64,000 bases of DNA from Octopus sinensis (Eukaryota). Where the stretch lies: assembly GCF_006345805.1 (NCBI RefSeq), contig NC_043020.1, positions 21,514,001 to 21,578,000 of the forward strand. Reading direction: 5' to 3'. Of this stretch, positions 38,611 through 51,515 are shown one piece after another (the stretch's first letter is position 1; each line of letters opens with the position of its first letter). The position numbers and the translations under genes are program-made. Below the pieces are notes generated by a model. The model saw only the letters and a program-made list of their open reading frames with translations, ran no database searches and was not told the origin of the DNA.

Positions 38611-38939
38611 AAAAAGAAAGAGAAAGAGAACATACGTATATGCATTCATGCATATGTCTCGGAGATTTGGGGACGCGCCAGCTGTATAGAGTCGATCTTG
38701 CACCGGCAAGCGGGGAGCTAACCGTTGGCAGAAAGGAGCGACGAGAACATCCCTTCCAGACGGTCACCTATACGTACGTGCATGCATGCATGCATGCATA
38801 CATACATACATACATACATCAATGACAAAAATTATCATCATCATTTAGCATCTATTTTTCATACTGACATAGGCTGGATGATTTGACAGGATCTGGCAAG
38901 CTGCAAGACCACATTAAGCTCCAATGTCAGCTTGGCATT

Positions 38940-41900
38940 TCTTATTTGGAAGTCCTGTGGCGATGGGAAGGTGGCAAAGTATGCAGAACTGATGGATTGG
39001 AAGCATGTAGTTAGCGACCTGCAGGTCCATGCTAGATATAACGTTGTCTTCTTGTCACTCAAGACAGCGATAGGATTCGGTTGCTGCATGGGTGTCTAAG
39101 CAGCTCCATTTGAAGAGGGCACTGTTCACCCGGAGGCCGGGGAGGTTCTAGAAAAGGTGAACCAAAAACTGTCTGTCTTTCTATATCTGGTCAGTTTAAC
39201 GCAACTGACAGATGTCCACCTGTGCTTGAAAAACAAAGAGACATTTGCTTTCACAAAATCTGGATGGAACTTGAACATTTCATGCTGGAATGTGCACACT
39301 CTATTGGATAACAAGAGTGATTGTAAGCCTCAAAGAGGCACTGCACTTGTTGCTCGCAAGCTATATCAATGTTATAGTGATAACATTGATACAGCTGCCC
39401 TTTCAGAGACTCGTATAGAAGGTACTGGTCAGCTTGAGGAAGTAAAAAGTGGATACACCTTTTTTTGGAAGGAGGGGGGGGGGTTGAAGCAGGAGTGCAG
39501 AAAGGCTGGTGTTGGCTTTGTAGTTCGATCTGATATCCTTAAGAAGTTGGAGGAGCTACGTGTTCCTATAAATGAACGTTTAATGACTCTATGATTGCAC
39601 CTGAAAGGTGGGCAGTTTGCTACTCTAATAAGTGCCTATGCACCTACTTTGACTAGCTGTGATGAAGATAAAACTATTTTTTTAAACCCAGCTGAGAACC
39701 ATACTTAGGAAAAAATCCCCAATTCTGATAAAGTCTTTCTACTGGGGGATTTCAATGCCAGGGTTGGGACAAACTGGAAAACATGGAACTCTTAAGGACG
39801 TTTTAGTGCAGGGAAAATGAATAGCAATGGTCTCATGCTGCTGGAGCTTTGTGATGAACATGGTGTTTACATCGCAAGCACTCATTTTATATGCATTTTA
39901 TACATCAACAACGTTGATGCATCCAAGGTCTAAAGTTTGGCACTTGCTGGATTATGTCGTCATCCGCAAACATGACATCTATGACATTACAAATGTCAAG
40001 TCCTTTCACACTCTGGTGCCAGCAAAGTTCTGGATGATGATTAGAGTGAAAGAGAGAAGTGGGCTTGTTGGCATTCCTTGGCATCTGAATGTCCACAAGA
40101 TATATGATGCTGCATTGAGGAAAGAGCTTCAGACTTGCTTGTCTAGCATTGAAAATACTACAATATAGGAAGATTTTCGAGACCAGGTTCTTCAATGTGC
40201 TGCTGAAACCCTGGGATATGCTACTGCCAGACACAGAAAATGGTTTGAGGAAAATGATGCTGAAGTTCAGTGACTACCGGTTGTAAAGCGCCATGCCCAC
40301 AATGTATTGCTGCAGAGGACTTTCAACTGTGCAGTGAAATCTAGCACTTGCCCACTAGAGCAGTGTAAAATCACTACTGCAGTGATCTTTCAGAAAGATG
40401 CAGAACACTTGGTGGAAGGATCTTGCTCGTGATGTTCAGGCTGCTGCTGATGCAAATGACAGTAAGAAGCTTTACTATTTTATGAAGCAAGTTTTTGGAC
40501 CTAAGAGTTCTGCATCAGCTCCTTTGCATTCCAAGGAGTCTTCTACTCTATTTACTAAATCAACAGAAATCACAGGTTTCTGAACTCCTGAACCATGAGT
40601 CAGTTGTTGGATGAAATAGTGATTGATACTATGCAACAAAGACTTATCATTGGGTCCTTAAATTCCACGCCATCAATAGATGAGGTAATGACATCAATAA
40701 GTAAATTGAATCTTGGCAGGGCACCTGGAAGGGATGGAATTTGTACTGAGGTCTTGCGATTTGGTGGTGATTACATCATACAGTCCCTTCATGAACTTAT
40801 TAGTGTAGTCTGGAGGGATGGTGCAATGCCTAAAGGCTAGAAGGATTCAATTATTCTTCCTCTCAATAAAGGAAAAAGAGTCAGAATAATGTGTGGTAAC
40901 TATAGAGGTATTGGTCTACTATCAGCTGCTGAAAAGGTTCTGGCAAATATTCTTCTTACCCACCCGAATGGGTGTCTGGTAAATGAAGTCCTATCTGAAT
41001 CTCAATATGATTTCTGATCTGGTAGAGGATATGATTTTCACAGTAAGACAGATACAGAAGTGTTATGAGCAGAATATGGGTCTTGTCCAGGTATTCTTTG
41101 ATCTAACCAAGGCCTTTGAATAGGGCCTTGCTATGGAAAATACTTGGCAAATTTGGATGTCTGGATTACTTTGTATTGATAATTAAATTATTTCATGATG
41201 GGATGGAGGCTTGGGTCAATGTTGGTGGTGGCGTGGCAGGACCCATTCCTGTAGAGAATGGCTTCAAGCAGGGTGACATGCTCACCCCAACTCTCTTTTC
41301 CTTGTACTTTGCTGCTGCTTTTACTCTTGCTTTAGCTAAGTTTAGTTCTCTGGGAATATATGTCAGGTATCAATCTTCTGACCATCTCTTTAATCTGCAC
41401 CAATTTGCTGCCAATTCAAAAGTTTTCCAGTCTCTTATTCATGACCTCCTTTCTGCAGATGACTGTGACTTAGTCACTCATACAGTAGATGACATGCAAA
41501 TACTTATGGATCATATTTCTGCTTCTTGCAAGGCATTCGAACTCAGCATTAGCCTGGACAAGACTGTTTAATGTTCCAGCCTGCACCAGGAAATCCATAT
41601 GTGGAACCAGCTATCTTGGTTGAAGAAATAATACTGAAAGTAGAAGACAAGTTTGTCTACCTAGGCAGCACACTCAGCTGTTCTTGCTCCCTGGATGATG
41701 ACATATCTTTCAGGCTGCAGAGAGCAACTGATTCCTTCCAGTGTCTTCAGTCTCATGTCTGGTCCCAGCATGGCATTACAAGACAAACAAAAATTGCTGT
41801 GTACTGTGCATGTGTACTGACATCGATCCTTTACTCATGTGAGACATGGATCCTTTACAAATGTCATGTAAAGGTCCTTGAATACTTTCATCAGAGATGT

Positions 41901-42475
41901 CTAAGACATATTCTGAATGTTGGCTGGGCCTTAAAAACTTCAGACACACAGGTCCTGAGGAAAGCTGATATCTTTAGTATTGAGGCGATGGTGCACAGGC
42001 ACTAGTTACTTTGAACTGGATACCTTATTAGAATGAAGGATACCAGGATCCCTAAACAGATGCTATATGGGGAACTTGTTAGTGGAAAGAGACCCTGGCA
42101 GAAACCAAGGTTGCGATTTAAGGACTGTGTCACGTCCTCATTAAAGGCCTGTGATATTCAGGAGATTGACTGAGACAGAAATGCCTGTCATCACCACAGA
42201 TGGAGGAGGCAGATTAAGGAGGGGGTCAACACTTTTGAGAGAGCACGTATCCTGCATGAAGAATTTAAGCGTACTGCTTGAAAGTGTGCTGTTAATGTAG
42301 TGAATGGGGAAAGCTTGGTTTGCAATGTTTGCAATCATGTATGCTTGTCAATAGCAGGGCTCATTAGCTACCAACATAGCTGCAAATGCAAAATATAAGA
42401 CAGTTCTAGAGTGCACAATGTTCCTAAAGGTCAGCAATGGTCTTCCTTGGTCATGTGTGGATGGCCATCATGTAT
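38940..42475 (+). mobile_element. Near full-length decayed RTE/BovB-type LINE
   Basis: APE (NISCWNVHTL..AALSETR..LGDFNARVG), RT (DLTKAF, GFKQGDMLTPTLFSLY, SADDCDLV), C-terminal CNVCNHVC, and a (TGTA)n tail; many stops and frameshifts. Confidence 0.92.
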
Positions 42476-42482
42476 GTATGTA

Positions 42483-43636
42483 CAAAGTGGTATCAAAAAG
42501 TTCCTGGACTAGTCAACAGATGGCAGCATGTGCAGTGAGAGCTAGCAATGAACTTCATGAGGCAGCGTACTGAGTGACATCGCTGTGTTTACTTTGCAAG
42601 TTGTGAAATTTGTGTTTTTGTGATCATGTATATGCTGTAGTCTGCAATTTTATCATGGACAGGAACAAAGAGCCAAATTTTGCATTAAGTTGGAGAAGTC
42701 AGCTACAGAGACACTGAGCATGCTTTGGCAATGGGTCATACACAATGTTTCAAGTGACATCGCCACTTCAAAAGTGGAAGAACATCCCTGGAAGATAATG
42801 AGCAATCTGGAAGACCTACCAACAGCGTAACCCCCAGAAGTGACCTTCATAAGGCAGTGTGCCAAGTAACATTGCTGTGTTTACTTTGCAAGTTGTGAAA
42901 TTTGTGTTTTTGTGATTATTTGTATGTTGTAGTCTCAAATTTTTGCCATAGACAGGAAGTTGGAACAAGGAGCATTAAACTTGGGAAATCCACTACAGAG
43001 ACATTGAGCATGCTTCAGGAAGCTTATGGTGATGAAACAATAGGTCATATGCAAAGTTTCAAGTGGCATAGGCACTTCAAAAGCAGAGCATCACTGGAAG
43101 ACAATGAGTAATCTGGAAGACCTGAAAATGTGGAGAAAATTCATCAGCTTATGCATAACGATCGCCAGAGGACAATCAACAATGTTTTGAAACATTTGAG
43201 CTAGGACATTTGGCAAAAGCAACCAGATCTGCGGAGCCTGAAGAATTGGATTCTTCACAATGACAATGCATCCTGTCACCCCAAGTTCTCCTCACTCATG
43301 AGTTTCTTGCCAAAAATAATGTGGTATTGCTTCCGCACCTACCCTATTCATCATATTTAGCACCTATGGATTTCCATTTCTTCCCCAAGATGAAAATGCA
43401 ACTCAAAGGTCATCGTTTTAACACCATTGTTTAGATCCAGAGTGAATCGGAGAAGTTCCTCAACTTGCATGCAGAAAATGACTTCCAGGCCAGATTCCAA
43501 AAGTGGCAGGAATGCTGGGACCAGTGTATTGCTGCACAAGGTAACTATTTCAAAGGAGACAATGTTAAAACTTAGGTGAATAAGTTATTCTTTTATTAAA
43601 CAACTAGTTCAGGAATGTTTTGACAGCACCTCATTT
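42483..43636 (+). mobile_element. Mariner: 5' fragment plus internally deleted copy in tandem
   Basis: Left TIR-like aagtggtatcaaaaagttcctggactag and right end ctagttcaggaatgttttgacagcacctc. 42575-42840 is duplicated at 42870-43130. HDNASCH and PYSSYLAPMDFHFFP motifs. A solo TIR-like copy is at about 54995-55026. Confidence 0.8.
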
Positions 43637-44429
43637 GTATGTATGCATGAATGCATGTATATATGTAAAAATTTATAAAGCAAGAAGATGGAATGAACAA
43701 GCTTTAATTACAAAGCACAATCATTGTTTCTGTTGTTAGTTGTTGAGTTTTCCATATCATACTATTACGTAAATTATTCTATAAGTGATTATATAAAAAA
43801 AATATGATACAACAGCAATTGTGTACCTGAACGTCATCAGTGAGTGGCTTTGCTTGCACTGCTGAATTGCATTCAGTTTCCCATCATTTTATAAGCCTTT
43901 GCATAACTAGCATTTTCTCTTTACTTAGCAGCTTATAGATTCAAGGTGACATAAGTTATAAAAATACCAAGAGTATATAATGGCAATAAAAAATAAAAAT
44001 ATGAATTACAAAACAAATAGACCAAAATTAGTTAATGGAAATAAAATTCAAAAGTATAAATCTAAATCTAATATAACATTCTATTTTTGTTTATTCTATT
44101 GTAAGTTTGTCTCTATTTTTTATATCAGGATATAGACTAGAAGTATCCATTATCTGTATTGTCTGTAACTGTTTTTCTTCAAATGAACCATGACCATCAC
44201 TTGTCTGCCAGTTCACTCATAAAACCTAATTTCAGTTATCCTGGTACCCATCATAGTCGTTTAATAGTCATTAAGATTCTTATTATGTATGAAGAGATTT
44301 ATTTGCCTATACCCATGTACATATACATATATATGTATATTCACTCCATGTATACACAGAAATATTTATATACAAATAGAAATACACATGCAACCATATG
44401 GACACACATATATATATATTAAATATATA

Positions 44430-44915
44430 TATATCTGTTGAGGCAAGTGAAATCATTGTTGTGGCTGATGACAGTACCTCCTGATTGGCACCTGTGCCAG
44501 TGGAATGTTAAAAGCACCATTTGAGCATGATCGTTCCCAGGGCTGCTGACTGGCTCCCACGCCGGTGGCATGTAAAAAGCAACATTCGAGTGTGATCGTT
44601 GCCAGCATCGCCTGACTGGTTTCTGTGCCAGTGACATGTAAAAAACAGAATTTGAGCGTGGTGATTGCCAGTACCACCAGACTGGCTCCTGTGCAGGTGG
44701 CATGTAAAAAGCATCATTTGAACATGGCTGATGCAGTATCGCCTGACTGGCCCTCATGCCAGTGACATGTAAAAGCACCCACTACACTCTCAGAGTGGTT
44801 GGCGCTAGGAAGGGCATCCAGCTGTAGATCAGTTGGAGCCTGGTGCAGCTTTCTGGCTTGCCATCCCTCACTCAAACCATCTAACTGACGCCAGCATGGA
44901 AAGTGGACGTTAAAT
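44430..44915 (+). mobile_element. RTE 3' UTR with about 60-nt tandem units
   Basis: Five to six units of ctgactggctcccgtgccggtggcatgtaaaaagca..gagcgtgatcgttgcc precede the common tail. Confidence 0.85.
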
Positions 44916-45452
44916 GATATATAAATATATAAATATATATAGCAAAAATTTAGATTCGGATGAATATGGTACTTAGGTTGAGGCACCAAAATTTAATACG
45001 GTATTATCCATACAATTTCAAAGTAAGGTCATTAAAATCAAAATAAGCAACAAGGCTATCCAGAAGTAATGCAGTAAGATTGTTTGTAAGAGTATATAAG
45101 GAATGCATGTGAGGTCAAAATTTTGAATTACATTCGTAATAAAAAGTGAGAAGAATCACCAATAGTTTGTATGTATGTATAAATATGTGTGTATGTACAT
45201 GAGTATATAAGTAAGTATGCTGGAGTGAAGCATGTTCTTTGTCTATCTCCTTAACTTCTTGGAGATTTTAGGTATAATTATACTAATGTGTCCATCTGTT
45301 CTAATTTAATTAAATTCTATGTCTCTGTGCAGCTGAGGATTGCTCTGCATTTTAAATTGATGTAATGATTGCATTGTTCAATTAAATGGAGTTGCATGAA
45401 ACGATTGTACTGCATTACCTCTGGATATCCTTGTTGCTTATTTTGATTATAA

Positions 45453-45489
<37 letters not shown>

Positions 45490-45959
45490 CGTTGTTATAC
45501 ATATATTTTTACTTTTATACACTAACATCTTTTAGATACATACTTACTTATATACTCATGTACATACACACATATTTATATACTCTTACAAATTTTTGTT
45601 TCATACAAATGTGTATATATCTAAACATACCAGTAATGATACTGAAAAGATTATAATAGCATTTTCTAGCAAATAACATATCAATGTTATTTCATGATCA
45701 TTGATACATTCAAATTATTAAAATTATCATACAATACAAACTTCCCATTAAAAGTAGACACCTTGAGTCCATAAAAGATTAGGACCACTTTGAAAATGAT
45801 ATATTCTTTCTAAAGAACACACACTACACACACACACACACACCTCTGTACACACACATACAAATACACACACGCATACATACATGCAGACAAAAGAAAA
45901 CATCGCAAAACATACACACACAAATGGACATAAAACCTATTCAATAAATGCTTTTAAGC

Positions 45960-46535
45960 AACTCCCTTGGTAGGAACCCACAGAGAAAATATTGGAAGAG
46001 TTACCTGTATCATGAACACTGCAAGAGCTGTAAGAGGTGACAGTTTAAACAGAGACTACATAGCTATGGTCAGCAGGAAAGGACACAGCTGGTATTCTGA
46101 CTGAGTCCATTTGCCAGAACTCATCCAACAACTGATGAACAAGGCCTTAGGCTCAATTCAGATGGCTACACAAAGCTACTGAAGACAGGTCAAACCCTTG
46201 CTGGAGAGGGTTGCTGCTAGAAGGTCATATTTGTGGCGGTAGGATTCAACTTTTTGTCATTACTCAGGAAGGAGTCAGAAGTGGTTGTTGGGGAATTTCT
46301 ATGACTTCACCAGCCCCAATTTCTGGCCTCCTAATTCCTCAAATTGTAATCCCATGGATTACTATGAGTGTGGTGTAGATGAGAAAGACACAAACCATTC
46401 TGCTTACAACACCAAGGTCAAGTTGTTGGCCAAGATTGAGGAGGTATTTTAAGATCTTCCAAGGGACACATGCACCAACTATCTTGAAGCCATATTGGAA
46501 GCTGAGGGTAGCTACTCTGAGTAAATTGTCATCTT
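45960..46535 (+). mobile_element. Tc1/mariner (maT/DD37D-like) transposase 3' remnant
   Basis: SQKWLLGNFYDFTSPNFWPPNSSNCNPMDYY.. followed by LLAKIEEV..LEAILEAEG. Confidence 0.65.
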
Positions 46536-46559
46536 CCAACAAAAATCTAGTTGACAATA

Positions 46560-48830
46560 GTGGTATTGGCTGAGTGCGCCGGGGACAAGTCGCCGGGGCT
46601 GGGTGGTCTGCCCTATGAGTTTTATCGTAGCATACCAGACTTGTTTGGGGACCTGCTGGCAGGTGTCTACACAAAATGGCAACAGAATGGGAGGATTCCC
46701 AGCTCTGTGAGTGGTGACTCTGATCCAGAAGGACCTGAGCAAGGGGGACAGTATAAGTAATTACAGGCCCATGACTCTACTCAATGTAGAGTTAAAGATT
46801 TTGGTCAAGGTGTTAGCAAAAAGGTTGACACATGTTGTGGAGAAGCTTGTAGTCAAGGCATAGACATGTGCCATTCTGGGCAGCTTGATCTAGGAAATCT
46901 TCACCTTATACACTACACCTTAGACAAGGTGGATAAATTAACCGGCAAAGGTGGGGTACTGGTTCATTTAGACCAGAGTAAAGTGTTTGATAGGGTAGAC
47001 CACCAGTACCGGGCGGGGATTCTCGAAGCGGCTGGGCTGGGACCGATCTTCCATTGGTGGATCTCCACAATGTATAGCGGCATCCAATCCACTGTTTGGA
47101 TAAATGGCTACCTGTTGGAGCCGTTTTCGATCACACGCTCAGTTCATCAAGGGTGTCCCCTGTCCCCACTTCTGTATGTTTTGGCTCTTGAGCCCTTACT
47201 GAAGCAGTTGGAGAATTTGGGATGCACCCCCAATGAAATCGGATGTGGCAAGTTAGTCTCTGCTTATGCAGATGACATCACCATCATCGTGTCCAATGAG
47301 GATCAGCTATCTTGTGTAGTTGACCCTCAAAGGGTACAAGACAGTGGCAGGAGAAAAGTTAACAAGGACAAGTTCATCGGCTTGTGCCTTGGCACCTGGA
47401 GGAGCAAGCCAGTGTCGTGGGTCACTGGACAGATGGTCCTGTTAAGTTGCTTGGAGTTTGGTTTGGACTGGACTCCCAAATGGAGAAGAATTGGAGGGAG
47501 GTGGCAGACAGGGTCGAAGCTCTAATTCAGACCTGGTCCAGATGGGCTCTATCCCTGAAAGGAAGGGCGGAAGTGGTACAGGTGTTTATCGCATCTGTAA
47601 TCACCTACTGCCTATCTGTTGTCCCTTGCCCTGACTTGTGGCTAAACAAGTTGGAGCACCTCCTTTTCTGCTTATTGTGGAAGGGAGGAAAGCCACTTGT
47701 AAGGCACTCCATCTGCTGCCAAGAACCGCTAAAGGGTGGGTTAGGGATGCCTTGGCTTATGATGCACAAACATGTATTGAAGCTGAGACATCTTTTGCAC
47801 TACCTGGAGGGTGACAAGGTGTGGAATCCACTGGCAGAGGAATTTTTCCCACAACCAGCCTCTTTAGAGAGATTCAAACCAGGTTTTATTAAAAGATGCA
47901 ATCTGACAGAATGGCAAAAAGAGTGTCGACAGGCACTCATGCTGATCCACAAGACAGGCAAGGCTGGCAGTAGAAATACCACCTCGGTTTTGTATAGAGG
48001 GCTGGTAGAGTTTAAAAACAATGACATCCTAGGAGGGCCTCTGGGGTTCGATGAGAACCAACTTACCAACCTGTTCTAAAAGATTTTCAGGCCAGAGTAT
48101 TTGGATAATTACCAAAAATCCCTGATCTGGCAGTGCTACAGGAACGCTTTACCTGTTCACGATAAGTTATCCAGGCATGGAATGTCAGTGCCACTGACAT
48201 GTCCAAGATGTGGGCTGGATGATGAAACCGTCCTGCATGCTTTTGTACACTGTCAGAAGCTTTCAGGCTTGATAATTTACGTTGAACACGTGTTGTCATA
48301 CCTAGGCAGAGTATAGCTATCAGCTGAATCTATAATAAAGATTGTGCCACCCACCAGACTCTTGAAGGAAGGTGAGGCATGTTTTCTCCTTACAGTGGCA
48401 GTGTTGAAAGAGTCTGTTTGGAAGACAAGACTGCAAGGACTCATGACAGGAACCTTCATTTCTGGCTCTGGATTGCTCACTTTTTTCAGATGTCACCTGA
48501 AGAGCAAGATAAGGCTGGAGAGGAGACAACTGTCATGAGGTGTGTTTGAGAAAAGATGGAAGGCAGTGGTAAGAAAGGTGGGTGCAAGTGACCTAGCTTA
48601 ACCTCCATGGAGAAAGATAAAAGTGTAGTTGCTGGGCTTTTTGCCCATCGGGGTGTATCTCCACCCTGGCTAAAAATTATATAAAAAAAAAACAATATAT
48701 TATATATTAATTCGTATAATCATCGAAATTTTAAAATTAAGTTTCATTCGAATTCATTCATCTGTTTGTTCTGTCTTGTTTGTCTCTTCTGTGTTAGACA
48801 ATCATTATCTTAATAAAGAAAACATCTCTA
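46560..48830 (+). mobile_element. 5'-truncated L1/Tx1-clade LINE (RT plus zf-RVT) with 3' UTR
   Basis: KSPGLGGLPYEFY; HLDQSKVFDRVDH; SVHQGCPLSPLLYVLALEP; SAYADDIT; VKLLGVWFG; WQCYRNALPV..CPRCGLDDETVLHAFVHC; AATAAA at about 48811. Confidence 0.92.
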
Positions 48831-48839
48831 GCAGATGAG

Positions 48840-50895
48840 GTCTTTTCGTGTCGTGAATCAAGATTTTGCTGCTCCCAAGTTATGTGAGTTTGTTCCATTG
48901 TTTTTGTTTGTTGTTATCATATTTTTGTTTCTAGTGTGCTTTGACTTGAATTGAACTGTTGTCCTTTATGGAACAGTCATTTTCACCCTACAGGGCAGAA
49001 AATTCTATTTTTGGAATTTATTGTGAAAAAAAAATAATTGCTGAACTGTCTTTTTCTTTACCTGTTGCTGGGTATTGAATTTGTTATTTTTGTCATTTTT
49101 GTAATAACATATTTACAATAGAATTTAATATAACATCTAAAAAAGATTTTCCCACAATGGGAAAGGATAATAGCGGTGAAAATGAATGTGAAATTGCAAA
49201 ACAGGCAGAGGAAAGACCAAGTTTTTCTGCTGCAGTGGGCAGCAATATGACGGAAATGGAAGTGAAAATGGAACAATTGTTTAAGTTCCGTAGCTTGATT
49301 TAAAAAATGGTAGCGATATGGAAATACTGCCTCCTCCAGAGACAGTGCAAGCGTTAAATGCAAGAACGGTCATCTACAAAATTTACAATTTAAAGGAAAA
49401 ACGAATTATGGATGCAAAAAATGATGTTGTAGAAAGATGTTTGTCCCCAGTATGGAATCAAATAACCTACGTTGACCATGGGACAAGAAGCGCAATTCAA
49501 AACAACCAACATAGCAAAGGAAGTCTTCACAAAAACCTTGCGAAACAAAGAAACAATTCTGCTACCCATATACCTGGGTCACAGAATAACCAAAATGACC
49601 GTGGATGAGATTCTGGCTGGTTACGAGGTTATGTGGGTAGCAGTGGCTGTCATCTACAACGTGGAGGAGGCAGTGGACGATTTTGCAATTGGAAAAGCGT
49701 GAAGCTGTCAACTGGAAAGGCCAGACTCTAGAGCTTGTTGTACAAGCATCAAATGAAATTCTGGAAAAATTGCCCGATAGGGTGTTTGTAGGGGAGGGGA
49801 TAACAATGAGAGTAGCCGTCGAGGGACATAGGACCTGTTGCTTCAGATGGAAAAGGGCTACATTCACTCCAAGTGTGAGAAAAAGAAAAGCAATGAAGCC
49901 CCTCCCCAAAAGGCTGCATAAGTAGTCAAAGAAAAAATGAAAAGAAGACAATGCAGTAGATAAGAGAGGAGTAACAGCAGAGAGTGCAAAGGAAAAAAAA
50001 AACTGAGAAAAACGACGAAATGGAATTCACTACAGTGTCACACAAAAGAAAAAATTCCCAAGTCCCAAACAAAAAAATCCATAAAACACATGGCAGACAC
50101 ACAAAACAAAATTTCCCAAACCAATTCCACAGTGAAACCTTTCACCAAACCCCACCTCAAAACCGAAGAAAATATTGTTTTGTTCTCGGAAAAGAACACT
50201 GTGTTGAGCACAGTCATAAGAGTGCATCATAAGGTGCAAAAGGCATGTCCTCCAAACATTAGACTTGCTAAAATGGATGCAGGCCTATTTTCAGAGCTGA
50301 AGGAAAGGTATCCAGAAGATATCAAGGATGTCAGCTCCGAAATGGCCGAAAAAATTACTATAAAACCCAGCAGCTACAACAATGAAAGAAAAGGATGGGG
50401 AAGTAGCCTAATTTGTGTAGCCCCTTCCAAAATTCACACTCTAAGTTCTTCCTTTTTCCATTTTTTAAGGCTGTGATAAGAAAGTTGGGTGCAGCTGACT
50501 CTGCTTAATCCTTCATGGTAAAAGGAAAAGGTGTAGTCGCTGGGTTTTTCAGCCCATCAGGTTAAAGTCCGAAAAAAGGTCAAAATTTTTATTTTTATAT
50601 ATCATTCATAATTTTTAAACCTAGGTTTCATTCGAACTCACAATAACAATAATTGTTTGTATTGTCCTGTTTTATCCCCTCTATGTAGGATAATATTTAC
50701 CATAATAAAAAATTCATTTCTAGCAGACGTGGTGTCCAGTACTGAAGAAAGGCAAGCAATAGCCCCAAACCAGACTGGTATGTTGGTCCCATCACTAGAA
50801 GATAGTAGGGGTTCGCTTCCCTGCTCGCAATATATTGGATGCAGGTGTGCATTGTTTACCAGCTAGAGGAGATGTCCTCTTAGTGTTAAAAAAAA
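48840..50895 (+). mobile_element. ORF1-only L1/Tx1 derivative (HAL1-like)
   Basis: 5' UTR-like AT-rich leader, then frameshifted ORF1 (about 49157-50476) with a CCHC remnant (CCFR..GYIHSKC). It is followed directly by the same terminal block as the upstream LINE, with no APE or RT motifs. Confidence 0.6.
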
Positions 50896-51144
50896 TCACA
50901 GTAAAGTCCATTCAAACGGAACAGCCATGTTGAAATGGCTACGAACATTAACTGGTAGTACAACTACTGCATTCATCTCTTAGAGCGATTTTAGAACTAG
51001 CTTTTTTACTTATATATATATATATTCAAGGTTTGGGGGTTAAATTTGATAGCTTGCATAAAAGAAAAGGAAGACAATATCCCATCCCAAAATAAAAGTG
51101 TGTGTATGTGTGTGTGTATACATATTCTTCTATTCTTTTATTTG

Positions 51145-51515
51145 TTTCAGTCATTTGACTGCAGTCATGCTGGGGCACAGCCTTTAGTCGAAGAAATCGA
51201 CCCGAGGACTTATTTTTGTAAGCCTAGTACTTATTCTATTGGTCTCTTTTGTCAAAACCACTAAGTTACAGAGATGTAAACACACCACCATCCGTGGTCA
51301 AGTGATGGTGGGGAGGCAAACACGGACACACAAACATACACACTCACATATATATATACAACAGGCTTCTTTCAGTTTTTGTCTACTAAATCCACTCACA
51401 AGGCTTTGGTTGGCTCAAGGCTATAGTAGAAGACACTTGCCTAAGATGCCATGCAGTGGGACTGAACCCTGAACCATGCAGTTGGTAAGCAAGCTACTTA
51501 CCACACAGCTACTCC
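51145..51515 (-). mobile_element. Full tRNA-derived SINE
   Basis: Head at 51360-51515, CA/TA middle, tail at 51145-51310. Confidence 0.88.

Noticed and set aside
50717-50895. Possible snRNA/tRNA target of the Tx1-like elements
   Set aside because: No recognisable similarity to U2, U1, U6, 5S or tRNA by eye; treated as element 3' sequence.
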